A stretch of DNA of 38,265 nucleotides, taken from NCBI GenBank assembly GCA_038215325.1, contig JBBQQZ010000001.1:1-38265 (forward strand), read 5' to 3'. The position numbers and the translations under genes are program-made. The notes under the pieces are model-generated. The model was given only the letters and a program-made list of their open reading frames with translations. It did no database searches and was not told the DNA's origin. Positions 16,930 to 25,824 of this stretch are shown here, one piece after another. The stretch's first letter is position 1; each line of letters begins with the position of its first letter. The DNA is from Tepidisphaerales bacterium (lineage in GTDB: Bacteria; Planctomycetota; Phycisphaerae; Tepidisphaerales; Tepidisphaeraceae).

Positions 16930-17808
16930 GTGAAGGTCATTGTCGTCGCCAACATCGTTAAGCCCAAGGTCAAACCGGCCGTCGAACTGCTCGTGCCGTG
17001 GCTGCAAAAGCGCGTGGATCTGGTCGGTGTCGAAAGTGACATGACGTTCGATCTAGCCAAGATCGACCTGGACCTGATCGTCGTTCTGGGCGGCGACGGC
17101 ACGCTGCTGTCGGTCGCCAGGCGATTGAAAGGCCGGCAGGTGCCGGTGATGGGGTTCAACTTCGGGCGGTTGGGGTTCTTGGCGCAGTTCTCCCCGGATC
17201 AGTTGCCTGATGTGATCGAGGAAGGCATCGCTGGCAAGCTGCCGGTTTCTCCACGGCTGATGATCGAATCATGCATCATGCCGGGCAACATCGACGTCGA
17301 TCTGCTCGACCCCGCCGCCGTCGCGGGCAAGGCCAAGTTCCGGGCGATCGGGCTGAACGACGTCGTCGTCTCCGCCGGCGCTCCGTTCCGGATGATCGAG
17401 TTGCAGGTGGGTACCGATCGCGACACCGGCGTGCGCTACTTTGGCGACGGTTTGATCGTCTGCACTGCCAGCGGTTCCACCGCGTACAACATCTCTGCGG
17501 GGGGGCCGATCCTCAGCCCGCAGTTGGAGGCGATGTGCATCACCCCCCTCTGCCCCCACAGCCTGAGCTTCCGGCCGATCGTCGTCAGCTCCAGGCAGGT
17601 CATCACCCTGATGGCACGACGCGTAAATCGCGGGACCGAGGTTATTGTCGATGGGCAGGCATCGTGTAACCTATCCAAGGGGGACAAGGTCATCATCCGG
17701 CGGACCGAATCCGATCTGCTTCTTCTGGAAAGCCCCCACGCATCGGAATGGCAGGCGCTGGGCGAAAAACTGAACTGGGCGAGCGTGCCGAATTACAATT
17801 GGAAGTAG
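16930..17808 (+). CDS. nadK: NAD kinase
   Basis: VVLGGDGTLLSVARR, NFGRLGFLA, STAYNISAGGPI. Start is GTG 16930 (MKVIVVAN); TTG 16921 is an alternative. Confidence 0.9.
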   Translation: MKVIVVANIVKPKVKPAVELLVPWLQKRVDLVGVESDMTFDLAKIDLDLIVVLGGDGTLLSVARRLKGRQVPVMGFNFGRLGFLAQFSPDQLPDVIEEGIAGKLPVSPRLMIESCIMPGNIDVDLLDPAAVAGKAKFRAIGLNDVVVSAGAPFRMIELQVGTDRDTGVRYFGDGLIVCTASGSTAYNISAGGPILSPQLEAMCITPLCPHSLSFRPIVVSSRQVITLMARRVNRGTEVIVDGQASCNLSKGDKVIIRRTESDLLLLESPHASEWQALGEKLNWASVPNYNWK

Positions 17809-17817
17809 GAGAAGGAA

Positions 17818-17928
17818 GTTGCCAGTTGATAGTTGCCAGTTGCCAGCAAAGGCATGATCTGGCAACTAACAACTAACAACTGGCAACTGGCAACTGGCAA
17901 CTGGCAACTAATAACTGGCAACTAAATC
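17818..17928. repeat. Heptamer-phased hairpin element
   Basis: Left arm GTTGCCA GTTGATA GTTGCCA GTTGCCA (17818-17845). Right arm is 10 contiguous heptamers (17859-17928): CTGGCAA, CTAACAA x2, CTGGCAA x4, CTAATAA, CTGGCAA, CTAAATC. It ends exactly at ATG 17929. Confidence 0.85.
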
Positions 17929-18132
17929 ATGTTCGACGAATTCAACAAGATCATCGAGGCGATTGGACGCTTGCCGGAGCCGGATCGGGCGACGGCGCAG
18001 ACGGCGTTTGTGACCTGGTGCGTGGCGCAGGTGGTGTATTACCTGGTCGCTGGCGTGGTGGTGTGGGCATTGGGACGGCGCATCGTGCAGGCGGTGTTCG
18101 CGGCGTTGCGAGAGGCGAAGCGGTCATCATGA
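17929..18132 (+). CDS. Small single-pass membrane protein (hypothetical)
   Basis: 67 aa with one hydrophobic helix (FVTWCVAQVVYYLVAGVVVWAL). Its stop overlaps the next start as ATGA (18129-18132). Confidence 0.5.
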   Translation: MFDEFNKIIEAIGRLPEPDRATAQTAFVTWCVAQVVYYLVAGVVVWALGRRIVQAVFAALREAKRSS

Positions 18133-18998
18133 TCCTTGACTGGATCTACGAAAACTTCGGCATCCTTGAGTATCTGTTCTGCATCCAGATCGTGGTGCTG
18201 CTGGCGGCCGCGTTTTTTTATCAGGTCGCCAAGCTCATCGCCCGGACCGATCGGCGCGACCCGTTGGTCACGTTCTACCGCGTTTTCTGGCGATCGTTTT
18301 TCACTGGCGTCACGCCGATGCGCGAGCTGGACCTGATGCAGGTGGAGATGATGGCGCGGCGCGCCGGGATCGCGATGGCGGGGGATTTGGACCGATCGCA
18401 GTTGGAACGTCTGGACGCGCCGGACCTGACGGACCTGGGCTCACTGGAATCCGCGTTTACGGCACCGGGCGGATCGGACGGCGCGGGCGATCCGGTCGCC
18501 AAGCCGATCGGCCGGACGGGCCCGGAGGACGAGGACATCCTTCGGCCGAAAAAGAACGCCGAATCACGTGAATCTAGATTCGCCCGCAAACAGCGCGAGC
18601 AAAAAGCCGCCGACATCGCCGCCGAAGCTGCGGCGCCTGCGGACGAGCCGATCAAGGTCACCCGCGAACGTCCTGAGCGTGCCGAGCGTCCCGCGCGCGG
18701 CGTTGACGCCGTCAAGGAAATCCCCCGCGCCGCCACCAGCCGGTTCAACGCCCGCGTCGTCCCGTTTTGCACCGAAGATTCTATCGTCGGCTACCAGGGC
18801 GGCGAGGTCGTTTTCAACGTCATCTACGCCCCCGAGGACGGCCACGCCAACGGCGTGATCATCGAACTCATCGCCGAGCGCATCGGCGTCCGCCCGTACC
18901 AGATTTCCCTGGTCGGCGGACATTACAAGGTGCGCAAGACGCTACAGGTTGCCGGGCTTGACCAAACCACCCTCGACTCCCGCATCTCCCATCTCTGA
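18129..18998 (+). CDS. Membrane-anchored protein with C-terminal DUF167 (YggU-like) domain
   Basis: N-terminal TM (LFCIQIVVLLAAAFFY), then a charged low-complexity linker. The C-terminus VVPFCTEDSIVGYQGGEVVFNVIYAPEDGHANGVIIELIAERIGVRPYQISLVGGHYKVRK parallels E. coli YggU (..ASRDSIVG..V.APPVDGQAN..) as I remember it. Confidence 0.7.
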   Translation: MILDWIYENFGILEYLFCIQIVVLLAAAFFYQVAKLIARTDRRDPLVTFYRVFWRSFFTGVTPMRELDLMQVEMMARRAGIAMAGDLDRSQLERLDAPDLTDLGSLESAFTAPGGSDGAGDPVAKPIGRTGPEDEDILRPKKNAESRESRFARKQREQKAADIAAEAAAPADEPIKVTRERPERAERPARGVDAVKEIPRAATSRFNARVVPFCTEDSIVGYQGGEVVFNVIYAPEDGHANGVIIELIAERIGVRPYQISLVGGHYKVRKTLQVAGLDQTTLDSRISHL

Positions 18999-19084
18999 TT
19001 TTGTTATCGGACCCCGCTCCCGCCTGCATACGATCTGGGTGATACGCCAGTGTCGAGCCTTCGTTTCTGCTTCAAGGAGTTGTC

Positions 19085-19624
19085 ATGCGTCTGTCTTTCG
19101 TATTGCTGAGCGCCATCGCGCTGGCATGTCCGTCGCTCGCCCAGGTGATCTACGAACCGCCCACCGTGCAGTATGGCACGGAGGATCGAAAGTTTTACTA
19201 CGGCGGCACCGATCCGCTTACGCTTCGCCGCGGCGCGTTCTATGGGATTCGTTCGCTTCGTCCGATCGATGAAGAGCCGCTGCGCGTCTACACCGACCTG
19301 CTCCCCGACGTCAACGCCGCCACTTACGGCTTCACGATCGACGATGCCCGCAACGAAGCCAACGCGCAGATTCCAACGCACTTCCGCATGTCCGATGCCG
19401 TGCCCGGCACGCGCGTGGAGAACGGTGCTGTCGTTGTGCCGCAGCGCCCGGTGCAGCAGCGCCCGGTGCAGCAGCGCCCCGTGGTGCAGCGCGCTGTGGT
19501 GCAGCAAACCGGCACGATCACGATCCGGCCCTACGTCGCGCCGGTGCGCCCCGCGCTGCGGCCCGTCATCGTCATCCCCAAGCGACTTCTCGACACACCA
19601 CTTCTGCCGCCCCCGCGTACGTGA
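19085..19624 (+). CDS. Secreted hypothetical protein with QRPVQ tandem repeat
   Basis: AAGGAG RBS, signal peptide MRLSFVLLSAIALACPSLAQ, and a 15-nt x4 in-frame repeat at 19442-19501. Confidence 0.65.
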   Translation: MRLSFVLLSAIALACPSLAQVIYEPPTVQYGTEDRKFYYGGTDPLTLRRGAFYGIRSLRPIDEEPLRVYTDLLPDVNAATYGFTIDDARNEANAQIPTHFRMSDAVPGTRVENGAVVVPQRPVQQRPVQQRPVVQRAVVQQTGTITIRPYVAPVRPALRPVIVIPKRLLDTPLLPPPRT

Positions 19625-19660
19625 AAACGCACCGAATGACGCACCGAAGATGCCGGATCG

Positions 19661-20155
19661 TCAACTGGACCGGACGGAGGTCTGGGACAGATCCGACTTC
19701 ATCTGCCGGGCGATCTTCGCGAAGACCGGCTGTAGCGGGCCTTCGATTTCGGCGAGCCGGGCGTGGCAGTCGTAGAGGTGCTGGGTCATGTCGCTGAGGC
19801 GCGAGGGCGTAATGTCGAGCAGCACGGGTTCGCCGAGCAGTTGGGGAAGCTGGTCTGTGATCGGCAGGAGGGTATCGAGCCGCGTAGGCGCCAGAACGCT
19901 TTTGACGACCTCCGGCGGTGCGACAATTTTCCATCGCACGCCCGCGACGCGGTGGATGGTGATGAGGCAGCCCAGCAGCGTGCTGTCGAGGTAGTGGCAG
20001 CGGGTCAGGTCCATGACCGCGCGGGCGTCCGGGCTGCTGTTGAGAACCTGGACGACCATATCCCGCACGACGGCGGATTCGTGCATCGATCCCTTGCCGA
20101 CAATCTGCACGCAAATGCCCCGCTCGATCGGGGCGACATAGATTTGTGCCGACAT
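19661..20155 (-). CDS. STAS-domain protein (anti-sigma-factor antagonist-like) with ~60-aa C-terminal extension
   Basis: AAGGAGG RBS upstream of Met78 of the ORF. The N-terminal ~105 aa has the STAS pattern, including MDLTRCHYLDSTLLGCLI (a Ser in the position of the SpoIIAA phospho-Ser). Confidence 0.6.
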   Translation of the reverse strand: MSAQIYVAPIERGICVQIVGKGSMHESAVVRDMVVQVLNSSPDARAVMDLTRCHYLDSTLLGCLITIHRVAGVRWKIVAPPEVVKSVLAPTRLDTLLPITDQLPQLLGEPVLLDITPSRLSDMTQHLYDCHARLAEIEGPLQPVFAKIARQMKSDLSQTSVRSS

Positions 20156-20240
20156 GCGATCCTCCTTGTCACGCGGATTATAGCGACACGCCGATCGTTT
20201 GGCTTGACCGCCTGAGACAAATGCCATTACTGTCATCGAT

Positions 20241-21308
20241 ATGAACAGGAAACTGAACGTCGGTGCGGTTGGAATTGGTGGGATTTGGCACGGGGCGCAT
20301 GTCGAAGGGTGGGACGCGCTGTCCGACGTGAAGCTGCTGGGCGTGTGCGACATCGTCGAATCCAAGGCTCGCAACTTTGCGGCCAAGCGCGAGATCGAGC
20401 ACGTTTTTGCGGACTATCGTGAGCTGCTGAAGGTGAAGGAGATTGACGCGATCGACGTGTGTACGTCCAACCGATTTCATTCGGAGATTTCGGTCGCGGC
20501 ACTGGAGGCGGGCAAGGACGTGTTCTGCGAGAAGCCCGACGCGATCAACCCCGCCGAGGCGCAGCGCATGGCCGATGCGGCAAAGGCAAGCGGCCGGACG
20601 TTGATGACGATGCGCAATAACCGCTTCACGCCCGGCAGCGTGTTTCTGAAACGTTACGCGGACGCCGGCAGCTTCGGGGACATCTACACCGGCCGCTGCG
20701 GATGGATCCGCCGACGCGGCATTCCCGGCCGCGGCGGGTGGTTCACCACCAAGGCACTCTCGGGAGGCGGGCCGCTCATCGATCTGGGTGTCCACATGAT
20801 TGACCTGGCGACCTGGCTGATGGGCAACCCCACGCCCGTGGCGGTTGTCGGATCGATCTACAACAAGTTTGCCAGCGCCGAAGAAATCTCCGACTCCGCC
20901 CACAGCGCGTTCGGAGAAGCAAAAAAAGGCGGGACGTTCGACGTCGAAGACCTGGCGACCGGATTCATTAAGTTTGAGAACGGCGCGAGCCTCCAGATCG
21001 AGTTTTCGTGGGCGAGCAACGTCGAGGAAGAACGGAATTTTGTCGAGCTGCGCGGATCGAAGGGCGGGTGCAACTACGTGAACGGCGACGTAAAGCTTTT
21101 CACCGAGATGAACGGAACGCTGTGCGACATTCACCCCCGACTGGCACGGCAAAAGGGGTCGTCGCACATGGCGGCGATCGCTCACTTCGCTGACGTGGTG
21201 CTGCGCGGCGCGACGCCGACCATCGTGCCGGCGGACGGCGTACACATGATCAAGATTCTGGATGCGATCTACGAAAGCGCCCGCACCGGTCGCGAAGTGC
21301 GGCTTTGA
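20241..21308 (+). CDS. Gfo/Idh/MocA family oxidoreductase
   Basis: N-terminal Rossmann VGAVGIGGIWHG and the FCEKP motif. Size is typical of the family. Confidence 0.85.
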   Translation: MNRKLNVGAVGIGGIWHGAHVEGWDALSDVKLLGVCDIVESKARNFAAKREIEHVFADYRELLKVKEIDAIDVCTSNRFHSEISVAALEAGKDVFCEKPDAINPAEAQRMADAAKASGRTLMTMRNNRFTPGSVFLKRYADAGSFGDIYTGRCGWIRRRGIPGRGGWFTTKALSGGGPLIDLGVHMIDLATWLMGNPTPVAVVGSIYNKFASAEEISDSAHSAFGEAKKGGTFDVEDLATGFIKFENGASLQIEFSWASNVEEERNFVELRGSKGGCNYVNGDVKLFTEMNGTLCDIHPRLARQKGSSHMAAIAHFADVVLRGATPTIVPADGVHMIKILDAIYESARTGREVRL

Positions 21309-21327
21309 ATGGCGATCCGTGGGAACG

Positions 21328-22227
21328 ATGCGAGTCCGCTTGATGATTGAACGGCTGGGCCACGTCGGCGTATGGGCAGGCCTGTACGTGGGGGCGGCGT
21401 ACGTCTTTTTCTGGCAACTGTCTGCCGCCGGCGCGCCGGGGTCGTGGCCGAATGTCGCGGCGATCGTGTCGGTGATGCTCGCGGCGACCGGCGTGTACGC
21501 GATCGACCGCGTCAAGATCGCTGACCGGTTCCTCGATCCTGCCGACTTCACCGCCAACCCTGTCCGCTATGCGTTTTTGTCGCGGCATACGACGGCGGTG
21601 CGAGTGGCGGCGGCGCTGCTGATCGGGGTGGCGATGGTCGTGGCGCGGTCGGCGTCGGCGTTGTTGCCGGCGGTGATTGCACTGGCGGCGGTGGGGGTGG
21701 TCCTCTACGCCCCCGGCCCGCGCGGACGCCTGCCAAGGCCCAAAGACCTGCTGGTGCTGAAAAACCTGTTCGTCGCCGGAGGCGTGGTGGCGCTGGCGGT
21801 GGTCGCCACCGCGATGATCGGCCCGATCAGCCGGGCCCACGGCGAAGCGTTCTGGGAAGTCATCCGGCAACGCCTCGCGCCCATCGGCGATGCGGCGGTC
21901 CTGCTGCTGCTGCGTGTCGCGATCGATGCGGTCCTCTGCGATATCGACGACACCGATGCCGACACCGCCTTCGGCACGCAAACCATCCCGGTCAAACTCG
22001 GCCGACGTCGCACGCTGACGCTGGCGATCGTGGCGCGGCTTGGGTTGGCGGTGCTGATCCTGGCGATCTCCCGCGCCCCGCTCCCGGTTCGCGGCGCCTG
22101 GGCAGGCATCAGCGCAGCCAGCGCGCTGATTCTCATTCTGTTTCACGCTCAACCACTCAAGACACGCGTCGATGTCGGCTTCTTCATCGAAGCCATCCTC
22201 GTCAGCCTGATCGCGGCGACGGTGTGA
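21328..22227 (+). CDS. UbiA-family prenyltransferase-like membrane protein
   Basis: Polytopic, with an Asp-rich motif CDIDDTDADTAFGTQTIPVKLG. The first motif is weaker (YAIDRVKIAD). Start chosen after the stop of the upstream gene. Confidence 0.6.
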   Translation: MRVRLMIERLGHVGVWAGLYVGAAYVFFWQLSAAGAPGSWPNVAAIVSVMLAATGVYAIDRVKIADRFLDPADFTANPVRYAFLSRHTTAVRVAAALLIGVAMVVARSASALLPAVIALAAVGVVLYAPGPRGRLPRPKDLLVLKNLFVAGGVVALAVVATAMIGPISRAHGEAFWEVIRQRLAPIGDAAVLLLLRVAIDAVLCDIDDTDADTAFGTQTIPVKLGRRRTLTLAIVARLGLAVLILAISRAPLPVRGAWAGISAASALILILFHAQPLKTRVDVGFFIEAILVSLIAATV

Positions 22228-22238
22228 CAGCGTGATAT

Positions 22239-22290
22239 GTAGGGTTCGCCATGCGCACCATGCGCGGGGTGGTTCGCACGACGAACCCAT
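22239..22290. repeat. GTAGGG...CCCTAC-family element (degenerate right end)
   Basis: GTAGGGTTCGCCATGCGCACC-ATGCGCGG-GGTGGTTCGCACGACGAACCCAT, in the convergent gap before the dnaA stop. Confidence 0.8.
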
Positions 22291-22308
22291 CAAGGAGCAT
22301 AGGCGGAA

Positions 22309-23673
22309 TCACACCTTCGTCAGTTCGGTATCCAGGTGCGTAACCTGGCGCGAGACTTCGCGGTCGTTTAGCATGTCTTCGGTGACGGTTCGGACCGCGT
22401 GCAGGACGGTCGTGTGGTCGCGGCCGCCGAAGTAGCCGCCGATTTCTTCGAGGCTGTAGCGCGTGTGCTTGCGGGCCAGGAACATGCAGACCTGACGCGG
22501 GAAGGCGATCGACTTGTTTCGCTTCTTGCTCTGAAGATCGCTCAGACGCACACCGTAGTACTTGGTGACGCTGTCGAGGATCTGCTGGATTGTGATGCGA
22601 CGCGGTTCCGGCGTTTCGGTATCGCCGAGCGCGGCCTTGGCCAGATCGAGATCGATGACGTTCTCATTCAGCAGGCCCATGCCCTGCAACTTGGTGATCG
22701 CGCCTTCGAGTTCCCGGGTGTTGTTTTCGATCTTGCCGGCGACGTAGCAGAGCACGTCATCGTTGATCTCGATGCCGCGCAATCGCGCTTTGCGACGCAG
22801 GATCGCAACGCGCGTTTCGTAGCAAGGCTTGTCGATGCGTGCGACGAGGCCCCAGTTGAAGCGGGAGATCAGGCGGTCTTCCAGTTCCGGGATTTCGCTC
22901 GGCGGGCAGTCGGCGCTGAGGATGATCTGCTTGTGCTGCTGGTAGAGCGTGTTGAACGTATGAAAGAACTCTTCCTGCGACCGATCTCGGCCGCCAAGGA
23001 AGTGGATGTCGTCGATCACCAGCACATCGACCTGGCGATAGCGATAGCGAAACTCGTTCATCTGACCCGCTTCGACGGCGGTCATGAACTGGTTGATGAA
23101 CGAATCGCAGGACAGATACATGATCTGGGCGTCGGGATTTTGTTCAAGCAGTTTCTGGCACGCAGCTTGCAAAAGGTGGGTTTTGCCCAGGCCCACTCCG
23201 CCGTGGATGAAGAGGGGGTTGTAGGCTTTGCCGGGCTGTTCGGAGACCGCAACCGACGCCGCGTGGGGCAGACGGTTGCACGGGCCGGTGATGAAGGTGT
23301 CGAAGGCGTAGTCCGGGTTGAGGGGGACGGCCTGGTTGTTGTCGGAGAAGACCCCGCCGCGCGGGATGTTGTCGCAATGGAAGATGACCGAGACAAGCCT
23401 TCCCGTCGCCGCCTGCGCCGCGGCCGTGAACGGCTGCTGACACTGCATCTGGACGAAATTGAGCTGCGGGAGCGTCTGCGTCTTGATCTGGATCATCGTC
23501 CCGTTGCCGAACTCATAGGCAACGAGCAGGTCAAACCACACTCGGTGAAGACTGGGATGCTGGCTGCGCACGATGCGAAGAATCTCAGCCCATGTCTGCG
23601 ATTCGAGCAACGCATGTTCGGTTGAACGGCGCACGACGCCATCCCGCGGTGCTGACAATGTGGTCGATTGCAT
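22309..23673 (-). CDS. dnaA: Chromosomal replication initiator protein DnaA
   Basis: Walker A FIHGGVGLGKTHLL, VLVIDDIHFL, a sensor region, and the domain IV signature GGRDHTTVLHA. Start set at Met30 (MQSTTL). Confidence 0.93.
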   Translation of the reverse strand: MQSTTLSAPRDGVVRRSTEHALLESQTWAEILRIVRSQHPSLHRVWFDLLVAYEFGNGTMIQIKTQTLPQLNFVQMQCQQPFTAAAQAATGRLVSVIFHCDNIPRGGVFSDNNQAVPLNPDYAFDTFITGPCNRLPHAASVAVSEQPGKAYNPLFIHGGVGLGKTHLLQAACQKLLEQNPDAQIMYLSCDSFINQFMTAVEAGQMNEFRYRYRQVDVLVIDDIHFLGGRDRSQEEFFHTFNTLYQQHKQIILSADCPPSEIPELEDRLISRFNWGLVARIDKPCYETRVAILRRKARLRGIEINDDVLCYVAGKIENNTRELEGAITKLQGMGLLNENVIDLDLAKAALGDTETPEPRRITIQQILDSVTKYYGVRLSDLQSKKRNKSIAFPRQVCMFLARKHTRYSLEEIGGYFGGRDHTTVLHAVRTVTEDMLNDREVSRQVTHLDTELTKV

Positions 23674-23977
23674 TGGCTCACGTTCTTTTCTTCTAACAGC
23701 GTTTGTACGATTCGTTTCAGTCGGACGTGCGTTCTGACGCAGACACGTGTTGGCGATCAACTACACCGCCAAACCCCGCAACCGCCTTTACGACCCCTAC
23801 GCTCGAGATTGTGTTGCGGCGTCAGTTTCATCGTCTGCGATTCGCGGTGACACATCACCGAAAATCTCGAAGCGCGTGTTATATGCGCTGAGGAAATCGC
23901 GTCAATGACAAAATCCAAAAGAGGCGTTTTCACTCTGAAAAAACAGGTTGATTCGCGCGCCTGTCGAAATCCCTCGC

Positions 23978-24874
23978 TCACTCGGCTGTGCGCGGAGGCA
24001 GCGACATGCCGAGTGCGTCGAGCACCTGCTTCAAATCGCTCCATACCGCCTCTCGTGTCTGGCGCGTGTACTGACGCAATACGTAGGCAGGATGGTACGT
24101 CGGCATCACCTGGATCCCGCGCCAAGACTGCCACTGACCCCGCAATTTGCTCATCGACAATTTGGACTGCAAAAGAAATTGTGTGGCGGGTCGGCCAAGT
24201 GTTACGATGGCGCGGGGGCGAACAGTCTCGATCTGCTCAAGAAGGTACGGCGTACACGTCGCGGTTTCGTCCGCAGACGGCTCGCGGTTGTTCGGCGGGC
24301 GGCATTTGACGATGCTGCAGATGTAAACCTGCTCACGCTTCAGCCCCATCGCGTTGATCATCTTCTCCAGCAGTTGCCCGGCTTCGTCCACAAATGGGCG
24401 TCCGACCTGGTCTTCGATCTCGCCCGGGCCTTCGCCGATGAACATGATCGCGGCGTCGGGATCGCCTTCGCCGAAGACGGTACGAGTCCGCGTTTCGTGT
24501 AAACGGCATTTGGTGCAAGGACTTACGCTTTGCTCATCCAGCGTTTTAAGTCGAACGATCTTGTCCGATCGGCTAAGGACCGGCGCGGCGAACGGCTCGG
24601 TCGGGAAGACAAACGTGGACGGTGCCGCCGCGAAAATCGTTGGCTTGGCCGTCGGCGGTTTTGCGGGGGCGGCAGGGGCCTGAAACGGCGCAGACGCCTG
24701 TTGACGCACTGCGGGCGCGGGAGGGTTTCCCCGTGCCAAAGCCGGCGCAAGAGTAGACGAACGGATCGTGCGCGGCAACAGTTCGATCGCAAGCGATCGG
24801 TTGCCCATCGCCCGCTCGGCGCGCAGCGCAAGACGCGCTCTGGCCTTGATGCGTTCACCGATATCTTCGGACAC
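23978..24874 (-). CDS. Uracil-DNA glycosylase, family 4, with ~100-aa low-complexity N-terminal extension
   Basis: CTKCRLHETRTRTVFGEGDPDAAIMFIGEGPG..DQVGRPFVDEAGQLL..VYICSIVKCRPPNNR..HPAYVLR. GTG start at 24874. Confidence 0.88.
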   Translation of the reverse strand: MSEDIGERIKARARLALRAERAMGNRSLAIELLPRTIRSSTLAPALARGNPPAPAVRQQASAPFQAPAAPAKPPTAKPTIFAAAPSTFVFPTEPFAAPVLSRSDKIVRLKTLDEQSVSPCTKCRLHETRTRTVFGEGDPDAAIMFIGEGPGEIEDQVGRPFVDEAGQLLEKMINAMGLKREQVYICSIVKCRPPNNREPSADETATCTPYLLEQIETVRPRAIVTLGRPATQFLLQSKLSMSKLRGQWQSWRGIQVMPTYHPAYVLRQYTRQTREAVWSDLKQVLDALGMSLPPRTAE

Positions 24875-25202
24875 GAGCCTACACTAGCCAGCGCGTCGCG
24901 TCTGTCAAACGCATCTGACCGCCATCATTTATCGCCCGACCGCCCGATCGCGCATCTGAAACGATTTCGATCACCGCCTGCGGCACCTGTTTGCGGATAA
25001 GTCCGTCCCTACACGCTTCTGCACGATCACGGCCAGGCTTTTTTTAGTTGGGCCGGGCGATGAGAAGCGGCACGAAGCAGTTGAAGTTGGTGTGCGGCAT
25101 TTCGAGGTTTTATCGGACGGACTCAAGAAAATATTGGCCGGGCGTCGATAGTAGCCATAGGCCGTGGAGTGTGCGGACGGGGCTTTGGGAATGGAGATCG
25201 TT

Positions 25203-25799
25203 ATGACTGTCACCGTCGATTCAGAAACGCTTCCGGTCGAGCAACTGGGCCTTTCCACGCTTGGCGACGTGCTCTGTCACCTTCAGACGCAGAATCGCCT
25301 CGTCACGCAGGTGCTGATCGATGGCCGCGAGCCGGATTTGCAGCACGTGCCGCAGTTGCGTAAGCGGGCGCTGCTGGGTCATACCGTGTTCATTGAAACC
25401 ACCGCGCCGCGCGATATCGCGTTGGACGTGCTCGACCAGATCGATCAGCAGATGGACCAGGCCGACATCGCCCGCGTCGCCGTCATCGACCATCTCACCG
25501 CCGGCGAGCCGAACAAGGCGCTCCAGAAACTCAGCGGCTGCTTTACGACCTGGCAATCGGCACAGGAGGCGATCGAGAAGATCGCACAGCTCTTGCGCGT
25601 CGATCTTAACATGATCCGCGTGGACGACATCACGCTGACCGAGGCGCTACAGGCGTTCGCCGGGCAGTTGCGGTCGATCAAAGAGGCGCTGGACGCCCGG
25701 GACTACGTTCTTCTCAACGACACGCTCCAATACGAAGTCGGCCAGACGGTTCGCCAGTGGCGCGACGCGCTCGCGCAGCTTCGCGAAATCGTCGCGTAA
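25203..25799 (+). CDS. Hypothetical protein
   Basis: GGAG lies 6 nt upstream of ATG 25203 (in-frame ATG 25191 is an alternative). GC3-rich with helical composition. No motif recognised. Confidence 0.55.
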   Translation: MTVTVDSETLPVEQLGLSTLGDVLCHLQTQNRLVTQVLIDGREPDLQHVPQLRKRALLGHTVFIETTAPRDIALDVLDQIDQQMDQADIARVAVIDHLTAGEPNKALQKLSGCFTTWQSAQEAIEKIAQLLRVDLNMIRVDDITLTEALQAFAGQLRSIKEALDARDYVLLNDTLQYEVGQTVRQWRDALAQLREIVA

Positions 25800-25824
25800 C
25801 GCGGCTTCTGCTACAATCCGGCGT

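Noticed and set aside
17257-17263. CTGATGA hammerhead-core motif
   Set aside because: It lies inside the nadK coding sequence, with no flanking helices or GAAA element. Chance occurrence.
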